DNA from: Macrostomum lignano
Taxonomy: Eukaryota
Direction of reading: 5' to 3'
Length of the DNA: 64,000 bases
Assembly (NCBI GenBank): GCA_002269645.1
Contig: NIVC01000901.1
Span: 76,173 to 140,172 of the forward strand
This document shows, in pieces, positions 13,645-23,773 of this stretch (the first letter of the stretch is position 1; the number at the start of each line of letters is the position of its first letter). The notes beneath the pieces were generated by a model, which saw only the letters and a program-made list of their open reading frames with translations, made no database searches and was not told the origin of the DNA. A program made the position numbers and the translations under genes.

Positions 13645-14470
13645 GCGGCCCAGCAACTGAGGAGCTGGGACGCTGGCCCAGCAACTGAGGATCTGGGAGG
13701 CTGGCCTAGCAACTGAGGATCTGGGAGGCTGGCCTAGCAACTGAGGATCTGGGACGCTGGCCCAGCAACTGAGGATCTGGGAGGCTGGCCTAGCAACTGA
13801 GGATCTGGGAGGCTGGCCCAGCAACTGAGGATCTGGGAGGCTGGCCCCAGCAACTGAGGATCTGGGAGGCTGGGCCAGCAACTGAGGATCTGGTAGGCTG
13901 GCCCAGCAACTGAGGATCTGGGAGGCTGGCCCAGCAACTGAGGATCTGGGAGGCTGGCCCAGCAACTGAGGATCTGGGAGGCTGGCCCAGCAACTGAGGA
14001 TCTGGGAGGCTGGCCCAGCAACTGAGGATCTGGGAGGCTGGCCCAGCAACTGAGGATCTGGGAGGCTGGCCCAGAACTGGGGATCTGGGAGGCTGGCTCA
14101 GCAACTGAGGATCTGGGAGGCTGGCCCAGCAACTGAGGATCTGGTAGGCTGGCCCAGCAACTGAGGATCTGGGAGGCTGGCCCAGCAACTGAGGATCTGG
14201 AAGGCTGGCCCAGCAACTGAGGATCTGGGAGGCTGGCCCAGCAACTGAGGATCTGGGAGGCTGGCCCAGAACTGGGGATCTGGGAGGCTGGCTTAGCAAC
14301 TGAGGATCTGGGAGGCTGGCCCAGCAACTGAGGATCTGGTAGGCTGGCCCAGCAACTGAGGATCTGGGAGGCTGGCCCAGCAACTGAGGATCTGGGAGGC
14401 TGGCACAGGAACTGCGCGAGGATTTTGGAGGCTGGCCCAGCAACTGAGGATTTGGGAGGCTGGCCCAGCC
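13645..14470 (-). repeat. 28-bp satellite array 3
   Basis: ~29 copies, starting ~110 bp downstream of the ALKBH3-like stop codon. Confidence 0.96.
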
Positions 14471-14578
14471 GCTCGCTGTCATTTTGATAGAATCACGCCT
14501 GTCAGCAACACCCCCACCCACTCTATCATCGCGCCAGCTCTCTCGCTTTGCATCCCAGACAGACAACAATCGGCCAGT

Positions 14579-14942
14579 TCATTTCCCAGTCCGTTTCGAA
14601 CCGCCCGACCCGGTCACAATGGTGCGGAAAGTGAGATTAATCCTGGGTCCGCAACTGGCGGACTGCCGGCCGATCCTGTGCTGCCAGTCCTTCTGGATGG
14701 AGCCGCAGGTGTACAGCAGAGAGCCGGCAGACAGGGGCACGTGGACGGAGCGGAATCCTTGAATCTGTTGGCCGAAGACCACTCCGCCGATGCCGCCGCC
14801 ACCGCCGAAGCCCTGCTGAGCGACGTCAAATCGGCGCAACTCAAAGAGTCGACTGGCGCCGAAACTGACGCTGGCGATGGCCGGATTCGAACCCATCTCG
14901 CGTTCGTTGTCGGAGTGCCACGGCATCGAGTCGTTGTGGTCT
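14579..14942 (-). CDS. ALKBH3: ZnF-ALKBH3-like dioxygenase, exon 3 (catalytic DSBH core)
   Basis: Acceptor cctcag|A; joins exon 2 to read LYR-DHNDSMPWHSD. HxD (WHSD), WQHRI and RINLTFR motifs match ALKBH3; TGA at 14579-14581. Confidence 0.92.
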
Positions 14943-14945
14943 CTG

Positions 14946-15895
14946 AGGTGTGTTTATCAGGGTGTTTATCAGAGACTAGCGAGTTTTGGGGTGTTTATCA
15001 GAGACTAGCTAGTTTTGGGGTGTTTATCAGGGATTATCGAGTCAGGTGTTTATCTGGGATTATCGAGTTTTGGAGTGTTTATTGGGGATTAATGAATTTT
15101 GAGGTGTTAATCTGGGATTAGCGAGTTTTGGAGGTGTTTTTCTGGGATTAGCGAGTTTTGGGGGGTGTTTATCTGGGATTAGCGAGTTTTGGAGTGTTTA
15201 TTGGGGATTAATGAGCTTTGAGGTGTTTATCTAGGATTAGCGAGTTTGGAGGTGTTTATCTAGGACTAGCGAGTTTTGGAGGGTGTTTATCTGGGATTAG
15301 CGAGTTTTGGGGTGTTTTTCTGGGATTAGCGAGTTTTGGAGAGTTTATTGGGGATTAATGAGTTTTGAGGTGTTTATTGGGAATTAATGAGTTTTGAGGT
15401 GTTTATCTGGGATTAGCGAGTTTTGGAGGTGTTTATCTAGGACTAGCGAGTTTTGGGGGGTGTTTATCTGGGATTAGCGAGTTTTGGAGTGTTTATTGGG
15501 GATTAATGAGTTTTGAGGTGTTTATTGGGAATTAATGAGCTTTGAGGTGTTTATCTAGGATTAGCGAGTTTGGAGGTGTTTATCTAGGACTAGCGAGTTT
15601 TGGAGGGTGTTTATCTGGGATTAGCGAGTTTTGGGGTGTTTTTCTGGGATTAGCGAGTTTTGGAGAGTTTATTGGGGATTAATGAGTTTTGAGGTGTTTA
15701 TTGGGAATTAATGAGTTTTGAGGTGTTTATCTGGGATTAGCGAGTTTTGGAGGTGTTTATCTAGGACTAGCGAGTTTTGGGGGGTGTTTATCTGGGATTA
15801 GCGAGTTTTGGGGTGTTTTTCTGGGATAAGCGAGTTTTGGGGGTGTTTATCTGGGATTAGCGAGTTTTGGGGGGTGTTTATCTGGGATTATCAGC
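14946..15895. repeat. 29-31-bp minisatellite filling ALKBH3-like intron 2
   Basis: Unit GGTGTTTATCTGGGATTAGCGAGTTTTGG; intron is 14943-15943 (1001 bp). Confidence 0.93.
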
Positions 15896-15943
15896 GCTGT
15901 TTGAGGAACGATGTAGTTAGCCACCCTGTCTCCTCATACTCAC

Positions 15944-16788
15944 CTGTACAGAATTGCCAAGCAGGCGTTAAACGTCACTTTATCCTCAAGCGCCCGTTCA
16001 ACATCCTGTTTAATCTGCATCAGCGCTGGATGCCAATTAGAATTCTCGGGCAGGTGCACCGAGCCGTAGGAATATTTCGGCCCAACCCAGTACGTCATCC
16101 TTGGCTCAGTGGATTCGCCTTTGCCACCTGGCTTGGGCCGAGTTTTCAGCTGCTCCCACGCCAGTTCAGTGGCCAGAGTATTAAAAGTTTGGCTGGCAGC
16201 TTCAGACGAATAGAATGCCGGATCGAACCGAAGCCGAGCCTCTAAGCCGCCTCGGCTAACGCTGATGACGTAATCGCCCTTATCTCGGACAACCAGATCC
16301 GGCTGCATCACGCCGCCAAACTGCTGTTGCCGAACTCCTTGACCTTGGCTCCAGTTCGGCCGCAATCGTTTCTGCATCAAATGCACCGGCTGCATCGGGC
16401 CACCGATTGGGCGACGGTTGAACCCCGGCTGCATCAGCGAGACTGCTGACGATTGGCCACCGGCTCCGAATTGGCGTTTGCGACTGAACTGCTGCTGGTG
16501 ATGCTTCATCTGCTGGTTATTGGTGTTCTTCTCGCTAGCCCAGGCTCGCTTCCCACCGCCGACAGAGCCGGCGTTAGTTGTCCACTTTGTTGAGAATTCC
16601 TCATCTCTGCTGTAGTCAGTGCCATCGGCGCCTGTTGCAGCCTCCTCTTCATCAATGTCAGCTTCCTCTTGCTTTTGTTGCTGCTCTTCATCATCGCCAT
16701 TGTCGCTGTCTGTTCGGCAGTTCAGAAATAATTCTTCCACTTTTTGAATGACCACAGTCTTGTCCGGGTGGTGAACTTCGCTGTGCTC
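15944..16788 (-). CDS. ALKBH3: ZnF-ALKBH3-like dioxygenase, exon 2
   Basis: Acceptor ctcaccgcgcag|GAG; donor TACAG|gtgagt. Encodes EHSEVHH (end of ZnF2), an acidic/Q-rich linker and EPRMTYWVG..NWHPALMQIK..FNACLAILYR. Confidence 0.9.
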
Positions 16789-16879
16789 CTGCGCGGTGAG
16801 GAGGGAGCGGGGCCCGAATAGTGTCCTGAGTTCGATTCCTAGTCTACTCACTTTTGTAAGATTCTGAGGGACCATTACT

Positions 16880-17710
16880 TTGAGTCTGAGAGTCCACTAT
16901 TGTGAGTCTGAAAGTCCTCCATTGAGAGATTCTTAGTCCACTATTGAGATGCTGAGTCCACTATTGTCAGATTTAGAGAGTCCAATATTGTGACATTTTA
17001 AGAGTCCACTATTGAGATTCTGAGAGTCCATTGTGAGATTCTGAGAGTCTACTGTTGTGAGATTCTGAGAGTCCATTCTCGAGATTCTGAGAGTCCACTA
17101 TTGTGCGATGCTGAGTGTACGCTATTGAGATGCTAAGAGTCCACTATTGAGATGCTGAGAGTTCACTATTGAGAAGCTGAGAGTCTACCATGGAGATACT
17201 GGGAGTCCACTATTGAGATACTGGGAGTCTACTATTGAGATGCTGAGAGGCTACTATTGATATGCTGGGAGTCTACTATTGAGATGCTGAGAGGCTACTA
17301 TTGAGATGCTGAGAGGCTACTATTGAGATGCTGGGAGGCTACTATTGAGATGCTGAGAGGCTACTATTGAGATGCTGGGAGTCTACTATTGAGATGCTGA
17401 GAGGCTACTATTGAGATGCTGAGAGGCTACTATTGAGATGCTGAGAGGCTACTATTGAGATGCTGAGAGGCTACTATTGAGATGCTGAGAGGCTACTATT
17501 GAGATGCTGAGAGGCTACTATTGAGATGCTGGGAGTCCACTATTGTGGGATTCTCAGTGTCCAATGTTGTTACATTCTGAAAATCCGCTATTGAGATGCT
17601 GATGATCTACTATTGAGATTCTGAGTGTCCGCTATTGCTGAGAGTCGACTATTGTAACATTCTCAGAGTCCACTGTTGTGAGATTCCGAGAGTCCACTGT
17701 AGAGATATCT
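16880..17710. repeat. 22-bp minisatellite filling ALKBH3-like intron 1
   Basis: Unit GAGAGGCTACTATTGAGATGCT, homogeneous centre and degenerate edges; intron is 16789-17834 (1046 bp). Confidence 0.93.
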
Positions 17711-17834
17711 TGAGTCCTAATTCTAACTCTATTAAATTTGAAATATTACAGTAAAGCAACCAGTATTCAGCGACCCACAAAAAGCAACAATACGGCTACG
17801 AGCAAAAAAGCAGAAAAGTACACAGAGCACTAAC

Positions 17835-18029
17835 TTGAAGCAGATACTCGCTAGAGCAGAGCAGCTCGCACTCGCTGCATTTGTACACTACAAACTCGAT
17901 GTCCCGCTCGGGATGGCCTATGGCATGCTCGGATAGGCGTGAGAAATAAGTAGTAAAAAATTTGCACAAAGGACAATCGAATAGCAGAACTCGCTCTGGC
18001 TCGAAATTGATGTCGCTCTCAGCTTCCAT
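17835..18029 (-). CDS. ALKBH3: ZnF-ALKBH3-like dioxygenase, exon 1 (C2H2 zinc fingers)
   Basis: ATG 18029; CPLC-x12-HAIGH and CSEC...LLQ; donor CAA|gttagt in phase 0. Exons total 195+845+364=1404 nt, an exact 467 aa + stop. Confidence 0.85.
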
Positions 18030-18141
18030 GATGAAGACGGCGTAATGCGCTGATGAATCTCGAACTTAATAGTTGAAAAGTGAGTTGTTTCGAGAGAAAG
18101 CAAAATTTCGGGATTTCGCTGTGAGCTGAAGATGAAACAAA

Positions 18142-18420
18142 TTTGAATTGGCGCCAGAATGTTATTTCTGTATTTGTTTAACCGGTTTGTTACGGATTGA
18201 AGCCGGAGAGATTCTTACTGGGGGGGGGGGCGCGCACTTCACTTTCTATTTTAGTCTAAGCAATAACAATTTGAATTGGCGCCAAAATTCTCAATTCGAT
18301 AGTTTGTTAAAATAGTTAACTAATTTGTTTAAACCCGGAGAAATTCCCTATTTGAAAATAGTTTGACCCGGGGCCCTTGAGTGTGTCTTGTTATAATGAT
18401 AAGTTTGAATTGATGCTAAA
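18142..18420. promoter_or_regulatory. Repeated TTTGAATTGGCGCCA motif (CHR-like + E2F-like) upstream of the ZnF-ALKBH3 ATG
   Basis: Exact copies at 18142-18156 and 18270-18284; degenerate copy at ~18404. Confidence 0.3.
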
Positions 18421-19135
18421 TATTGCTATTTTGTTTAACCGACTGACTAAAAAAACCCAGAGAAAAATTCTATAGAGTTGTGAGCACTTGGCTTTATTAA
18501 AGTGGAGCTATTATTCATGTTAAAGTTTTCTTAATGACTTTTGCTATAGGCTGGCTAACTAAAATTATAACAAAATATTCTAACAAATTTCCTACCAAAA
18601 CATGCATTTCTTACTACTCAGTGAAAGTCTACTAAGTAGTAGGACGCTGGACATTCCGTGCTATTTAGCCATATTTAATTGGGTTATCATCGTTTTCAGT
18701 GGGAGTTTTTTTATGTTGTCCATCATTTTTGCTCACAATTAGGCACACACACACAGACAGACAGATAGGTTAATGTAACAATTGCAAACTTTGCGCTAGT
18801 CAAGCAGTTGTTGTTTGTTTCTAACAAAAAAACTAAATTAAAAACACAAAGAAACCCTAGTAGACATTGGGGACAAAAACTGACCTGGGCAGTTTCTTAA
18901 CTGACAAAGCCAATATGATAAGATCATAGATGGATCAGAATTGCAAGCAATAAATCCACACAAACTTATTCAATGGAAACCAATAGGAATGCGACTACAT
19001 TATATAACAATAAAAAATAGTGACGATATAACACTTAGTAATTAAATTTAATAATATAGAATTAATAGAAGGGGATGGAACACACACAGACACATTTATA
19101 ATATGGAGATTGCAGCAGCACAAAGAGTCAAAAAT

Positions 19136-19919
19136 TCAAACTGGTCTCCAACGGTTCATTGCGGGCTGGCCTGATTCAAACATTGTCGGCCTTGGCGGAG
19201 GCGGCTGCTGCTGCTGATGATGCTGCATGGGTCCTTGAGGAGGCGGCGGAGCAGCATGACGATAGGGTGAGAACACTTGCTGCTGTTGCATAAACTGCTG
19301 CTGCTGCTGCTGCTGCTGCCGGAAGGCCGGGAAAAACGGAGGCGGAGGCGGCAACGGAGGAGGCGGTCGAACCCCGCCACCTGTTGGCGACGTAGCCGCT
19401 GGCTGACTACTACTAACACTACTGTTAGTATTACTATGATTACTACTCATACTCATAATAGATGCATTGTTGCCGCTATTATTCAGCGAGTTCATTGACG
19501 GCATCGGCAGTGGCGGTGGCGGCAGAGGCGGAGGCTGCAGTCGAGGCCGCCAGACCGGCAGGTGCTGCGGCATCCAGCTGTCGATGGAGCTGGCCGTGAT
19601 TGGCAGCTGGTGGCCGGGCGCCGAGACGGCGGCAGTGGTGACGGCGGTGGCAGCGGTGGCCCCGCCAATGCGCTCATCGAGAGTTGGAGTGGCGCTCCGG
19701 CCGGATTGCTGCTTTTGCTGCTTCTGCGGCTGCTGATGCTGGTGAGCAGCAGACCGAGGCGGCGGCGGACTGTCGGAGCCGATGGCGATCTCGTGGCGAT
19801 GGTGCTGCTGATGATGATGATGATGATGCTGGTGCTGGTGATGCTGAGTTGATGAAGAGTGCCGATGAGCGCTGCCTTCTCGGCCGCTGCTGATGGAACG
19901 TGACGGACTGCGAGAGGAT
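19136..19919 (-). CDS. RPRD2: RPRD2 orthologue, exon 6 (His/Pro/Gln low-complexity tail)
   Basis: Acceptor ccccacgcag|A completes AG|A=Arg; open to the stop at 19136. Confidence 0.85.
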
Positions 19920-19984
19920 CTGCGTGGGGATTTCAGATGCGAATGATTTGATGTCTTTTGCTCCGCTTTTTGACACGGCATGGA

Positions 19985-20830
19985 TATAGGGAGGGTAGTG
20001 CAATAAAAACACCCTGGGAAACAGGGTGGTCCAAAAACTCCTTGAGCTTTGGTGGTCCAGTAAAAATATAATGGAAAGTAGGGTAGGGTGGTACAAAAAC
20101 ACACCTTCTAGGAAATAGGGTGGACAAAAATAATACGAGCGTAAAAAAAACGATAGAAAACAGGTTGGTCCAATAAAAGCACCCTCGGAAAAGGGTGGTC
20201 CATAAAAAACCCTGGGAAAAAGGATGGCCCAATAAAAACACCCTGGGAAGCAGGGTAGTCCAATAAAAACACCCTGGGAAGCACGGTGGTCCAAAAACTC
20301 CTTGAGCTTTGATGGTCCAGTAAAAATATAATGGAAAGTAGGGTAGGGTGGTACAAACACATACCTTCTAGGAAATAGGGTGGACAAAAATAATAAAAAT
20401 AACCGATAGAAAACAGGGTGGTCCAATAAAAACACCCGGGGAAACAGGGTGGTCCAATAAAAACACCCGGGGAAAAAGGGTGGTCCAATAAAAACACCCG
20501 GGGAAACAGGATGGTCCGATAAAAAACCCAGGGAAAAAGTATGGTCTAATAAAAACACTATGGGAAAAGGGTGGTCCAATAAAAACACCCTGGGAAGTAG
20601 GGTGGTCCAATAAAAACACCCTGGGAAGCAGGGTGTTCCAATAAAAACACCCTGGGAAGTAGGGTGGTCCAATAAAAACACCCTGGGAAGCAGGGTGGTC
20701 CAATAAAAACACCCTGGGAAACAGGGTGGTTCAATAAAAACACCCTGGGAAGCAGGGTGGTCCAATAAAAACACCCTGGGAAGTAGGGTGGTCCAATAAA
20801 AACACCCTGGGAAGTAGGTAACAAATAAAA
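19985..20830. repeat. 31-bp minisatellite in RPRD2 intron 5
   Basis: Unit GGGTGGTCCAATAAAAACACCCTGGGAAGCA; intron is 19920-20960 (1041 bp). Confidence 0.92.
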
Positions 20831-20960
20831 ACACCATGAAATGGGTGGCGTGAAGCACAGTATGATTAAGAAGAGGGTGGCCCAATAAAAAAGACAGCAG
20901 ACAAAGAAACTGTGTTTTGTTTAACACTCGTTTAGTTTTTTTTTCAATTTCAGAACCCAC

Positions 20961-21607
20961 CTAGAAGATCGCTTTCGACTGTTGCCGCTCTTGCCGCTAA
21001 CCGGTGCCCGATCACGATGCCCGACGCTGCCGGCGCCTCCGCTACTTCCGCTGTGTCGCCTGTGCTTCCGGTGCCTGCGTTTGCTGCTCTGCTGCTGCTG
21101 GTGGTGCACGGCAGCCCCCTGGCCGTTCTCATCTCCGCTATCGATCTCCATCTCATCCTCGCGTCGGCTTAGAACGGCTACTTCTGCGCCAAAATCGTCG
21201 GCCGTGTCAGCTGGCGGCGACGGCGCCTCGGGCGAGTCAACAAGTCGATCTTCAACTCGTCGACGCATAAAAGCGACCATCTCGCCGTATTTTTTATAGG
21301 CTGTCACGACAACATTAACGTCGGAATATTGAGCGGCAAAGAACATGTGAGCTTTTTCTAGTAGCGACAGTAGCGCCTCTCTACGCTCTTCCAGGCGTTC
21401 TAAATCGCGGACAAGATCTTCGAGTCGTTGGCAGGATTCTTCAAGCTGCTGACGATAGGCCTCGCCGTGGGAGCGATCTTTGATCTGGCGTACAGCAGCT
21501 GGACTGTGAATCTCTGAGGAGATCATGCAGCCTAGCTGGCGCTCCTTTGACGCCGTGTCAGTCTCCATGATGAGGAACTCTTTTAGGGCGGAGATGACCG
21601 AGTCAGG
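20961..21607 (-). CDS. RPRD2: RPRD2 orthologue, exon 5 (coiled-coil region)
   Basis: AHMFFAAQYSDVNVVVTAYKKYG resembles RPRD2 AGIFYEAQYKEVKVVANAYKTFA; acceptor ccacag|CCT, donor AG|gtgggt. Confidence 0.9.
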
Positions 21608-21699
21608 CTGTGGATTAAATATGGCGGTGAAAGATCAGAATCTTGCCTGCTTATGTCTGACTTTGACCCCTCTTCTAACTGCTTTCTCATTGGCTAAGC

Positions 21700-22010
21700 T
21701 AAATTGGGCCTGCCCCCTAGGCTGAGTTTTGTCCGTCTCTCCTTGCTGCTCTCTTATTGGCTGAGCTAGATTGGGCCTTACCCCCTAGACTGAGTTTTGT
21801 CCGTCTCTCCTTGCTGCTCTCTCATTGGCTGAGCTAGATGGGCCTGATCCCCTAGACTGAGTGAGTAATGTCCGTCTCTCCTTGCTGCTCTCTAATTGGC
21901 TGAGCTAGATTAGGCCAGACCTCTAAGCTGAGTTTTGTCCGTCTCTCCTTACTGCTGTCTCATTGGCTGAGATAGATTGGACCTGCCCATGGGCTAAATT
22001 TCGTCCGTCT
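21700..22010. repeat. ~64-68-bp tandem repeat (~5 copies) in RPRD2 intron 4
   Basis: Unit CTGAGTTTTGTCCGTCTCTCCTTGCTGCTCTCTCATTGGCTGAGCTAGATTGGGCC... Confidence 0.85.
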
Positions 22011-22332
22011 TGCGTTAACTTGTGTACACATACTTAAATGTCAACAGTTTTTTCTTAACCTCATTTGCTCCTGAGGCCGCAAACCCCAAGGAAAGGACAT
22101 TTTAGCTGATACAATAAATTTAGGTGACACTGGGCAGACAATCTACGGGAAAAAGTAGACACACTACTCACTTTTACAACTTTGAATTGCGAATAAGCAT
22201 ATCTTGTTACTGTAGTATTTGTTGGTAAAAATCAAGTCAACAAGTTCACTGATTTAAAATTTAGGATAGATAGAATTCTCGTTACCTTCGACTTACTATT
22301 ATTACCAGACATATTCTAAATAATTTACTCAC

Positions 22333-22394
22333 CGAAAAGTTCTTAATCAATTCTGGATCAATTTTGGCGTCCTCAATTGCGCCTGACGATGAGC
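22333..22394 (-). CDS. RPRD2: RPRD2 orthologue, exon 4
   Basis: tttatctag|GC...TCG|gtgagt; SSSGAIEDAKIDPELIKNFS; phases 1 to 0 consistent. Confidence 0.82.
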
Positions 22395-22494
22395 CTAGAT
22401 AAAGAAAAAACAAACACAATATATTTTAAATACTACTGATAAACAGTAGCATGCATGAAAAATTAAACTAAAGTACAAAAGGAAATTTACTTAC

Positions 22495-22595
22495 TTATGC
22501 CGGCAATTAGACCGCTACACACGGCACTATCCAGGAGTTTCCTGTCTGACCAGAGTTCCAAAACGCGAACAACCTTGTCCACAATATTCGTGCCT
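22495..22595 (-). CDS. RPRD2: RPRD2 orthologue, exon 3 (CID C-terminal helices)
   Basis: ttttttatag|A...A|gtaagt; GTNIVDKVVRVLELWSDRKLL. Confidence 0.88.
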
Positions 22596-22801
22596 CTATA
22601 AAAAAGAAATTTCACTTATTCTTACTAATAATTTTATTTTTTTGGGCATCAAATTATGAAATTAAAACCATGAATGCCAAATTTCTGCTATTCATATATT
22701 ATTTAGAAGTATTATTATTTCATAATTCTTAGTAGACCATAGTATTATTGTTAAAATTTTAAGACAGACCATATTAAATGATTTAAACAAATGCAACTTA
22801 C

Positions 22802-22931
22802 TTAAGCTGAGACAGTGCATTTGGTAAGACTTTTTTGAACTCATCCTTGTAGACTGAAGCATCTTTGCGTTTGCAATTGTGCAATATTTCATTAGCCAGG
22901 TAGATGAGAGCGAGACGGAAATCAATGTTAC
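22802..22931 (-). CDS. RPRD2: RPRD2 orthologue, exon 2 (CID core)
   Basis: cattttag|GT...AA|gtaagt; RLALIYLANEILHNCKRKDASVYKDEFKKVLPNA matches the CID motif YLANDVIQNCKRK. Confidence 0.92.
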
Positions 22932-23181
22932 CTAAAATGTGTATTATAGAAATATTAATGATTGCTAATATAGATCAAGATATAAATATTATTGCCAAGA
23001 TGAAACTTCATAATTTGCAAAAAATCCAATGAAAATCAAATACTTTTCCCTGATATTTGGGCCAATTAAACATTTATATTGATGCAGTTATATAACCAAA
23101 TTATAGTATTCTTGTTAATTAAAATCAAACTTTATATATTAATTGGTAGCACTGTATAGATTTTAAACTTAAGGTTATAAT

Positions 23182-23773
23182 CCCTATTGGAATAAATGTT
23201 AAAAACCCGCGAACGCGCGCTTTAGAAAAGAGTCAAACTATTTTACCGCGCTTTAGGATTATTAGAGATGTTCCGAAGGATCTGCAGTTTTGTCGAAATC
23301 AAAATTCGCTAACTTTCCAAAATCAAAATTGAAATTTCCCGAAATCATAATTCAGAAAAACAAAGTTTAGTATGATCAACACTCACTTTTTTACTTTCAA
23401 TTTACTGCTTAAGCAAAAAGTAATACATGTATATTTAGTAGAAAGTAGTTTATTTTTAGCAACTTTTTAGACACTGCCAAAATTTTCACTTTTAAATTTT
23501 ATTTCGAAATTGAAATTCGCTCTAAAAAATTTCAAATTTTGGAAAATTGAAATTGAATTTTCGGAACATCTCTAAGCTTAATAAATTACGAGTGTATAAG
23601 CCCCTTCAACAGAGGTATTATACCCATTTCCATGTATATGTGTTTGCTAGAGCAGCAGCCAGTAAGAAAGGGCAGCGCGCGCAGGCGCTGCGCCTGTGCG
23701 CGTGCTGCGCTTTAGAAAAATTTCAAAAGTGCACCGGACACCGTCCGCGGTTTTACAACTTTTTCCTATAGGG
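23182..23773. mobile_element. Non-autonomous DNA transposon, CCCTAT..ATAGGG ends, 8-bp TSD (copy 1)
   Basis: Imperfect ~30-bp TIRs; TSD GTTATAAT at 23174-23181 and 23774-23781. Confidence 0.88.

Noticed and set aside
3686-14470. Regularly spaced 28-48-bp repeats as a CRISPR array
   Set aside because: Units are head to tail with no unique spacers, there are no cas genes, and the context is eukaryotic.
1201-14569. Many long ORFs (QTDR, GLGL, SYCLP, LAPLDLT, ASLPDPQLLGQPP repeats)
   Set aside because: They are translations of micro/minisatellites, open in several frames at once, with no splice-supported gene model.
19674-20960. 428-aa and overlapping minus-strand ORFs
   Set aside because: They run through the 31-bp intronic satellite of RPRD2; the real exon starts at 19919.
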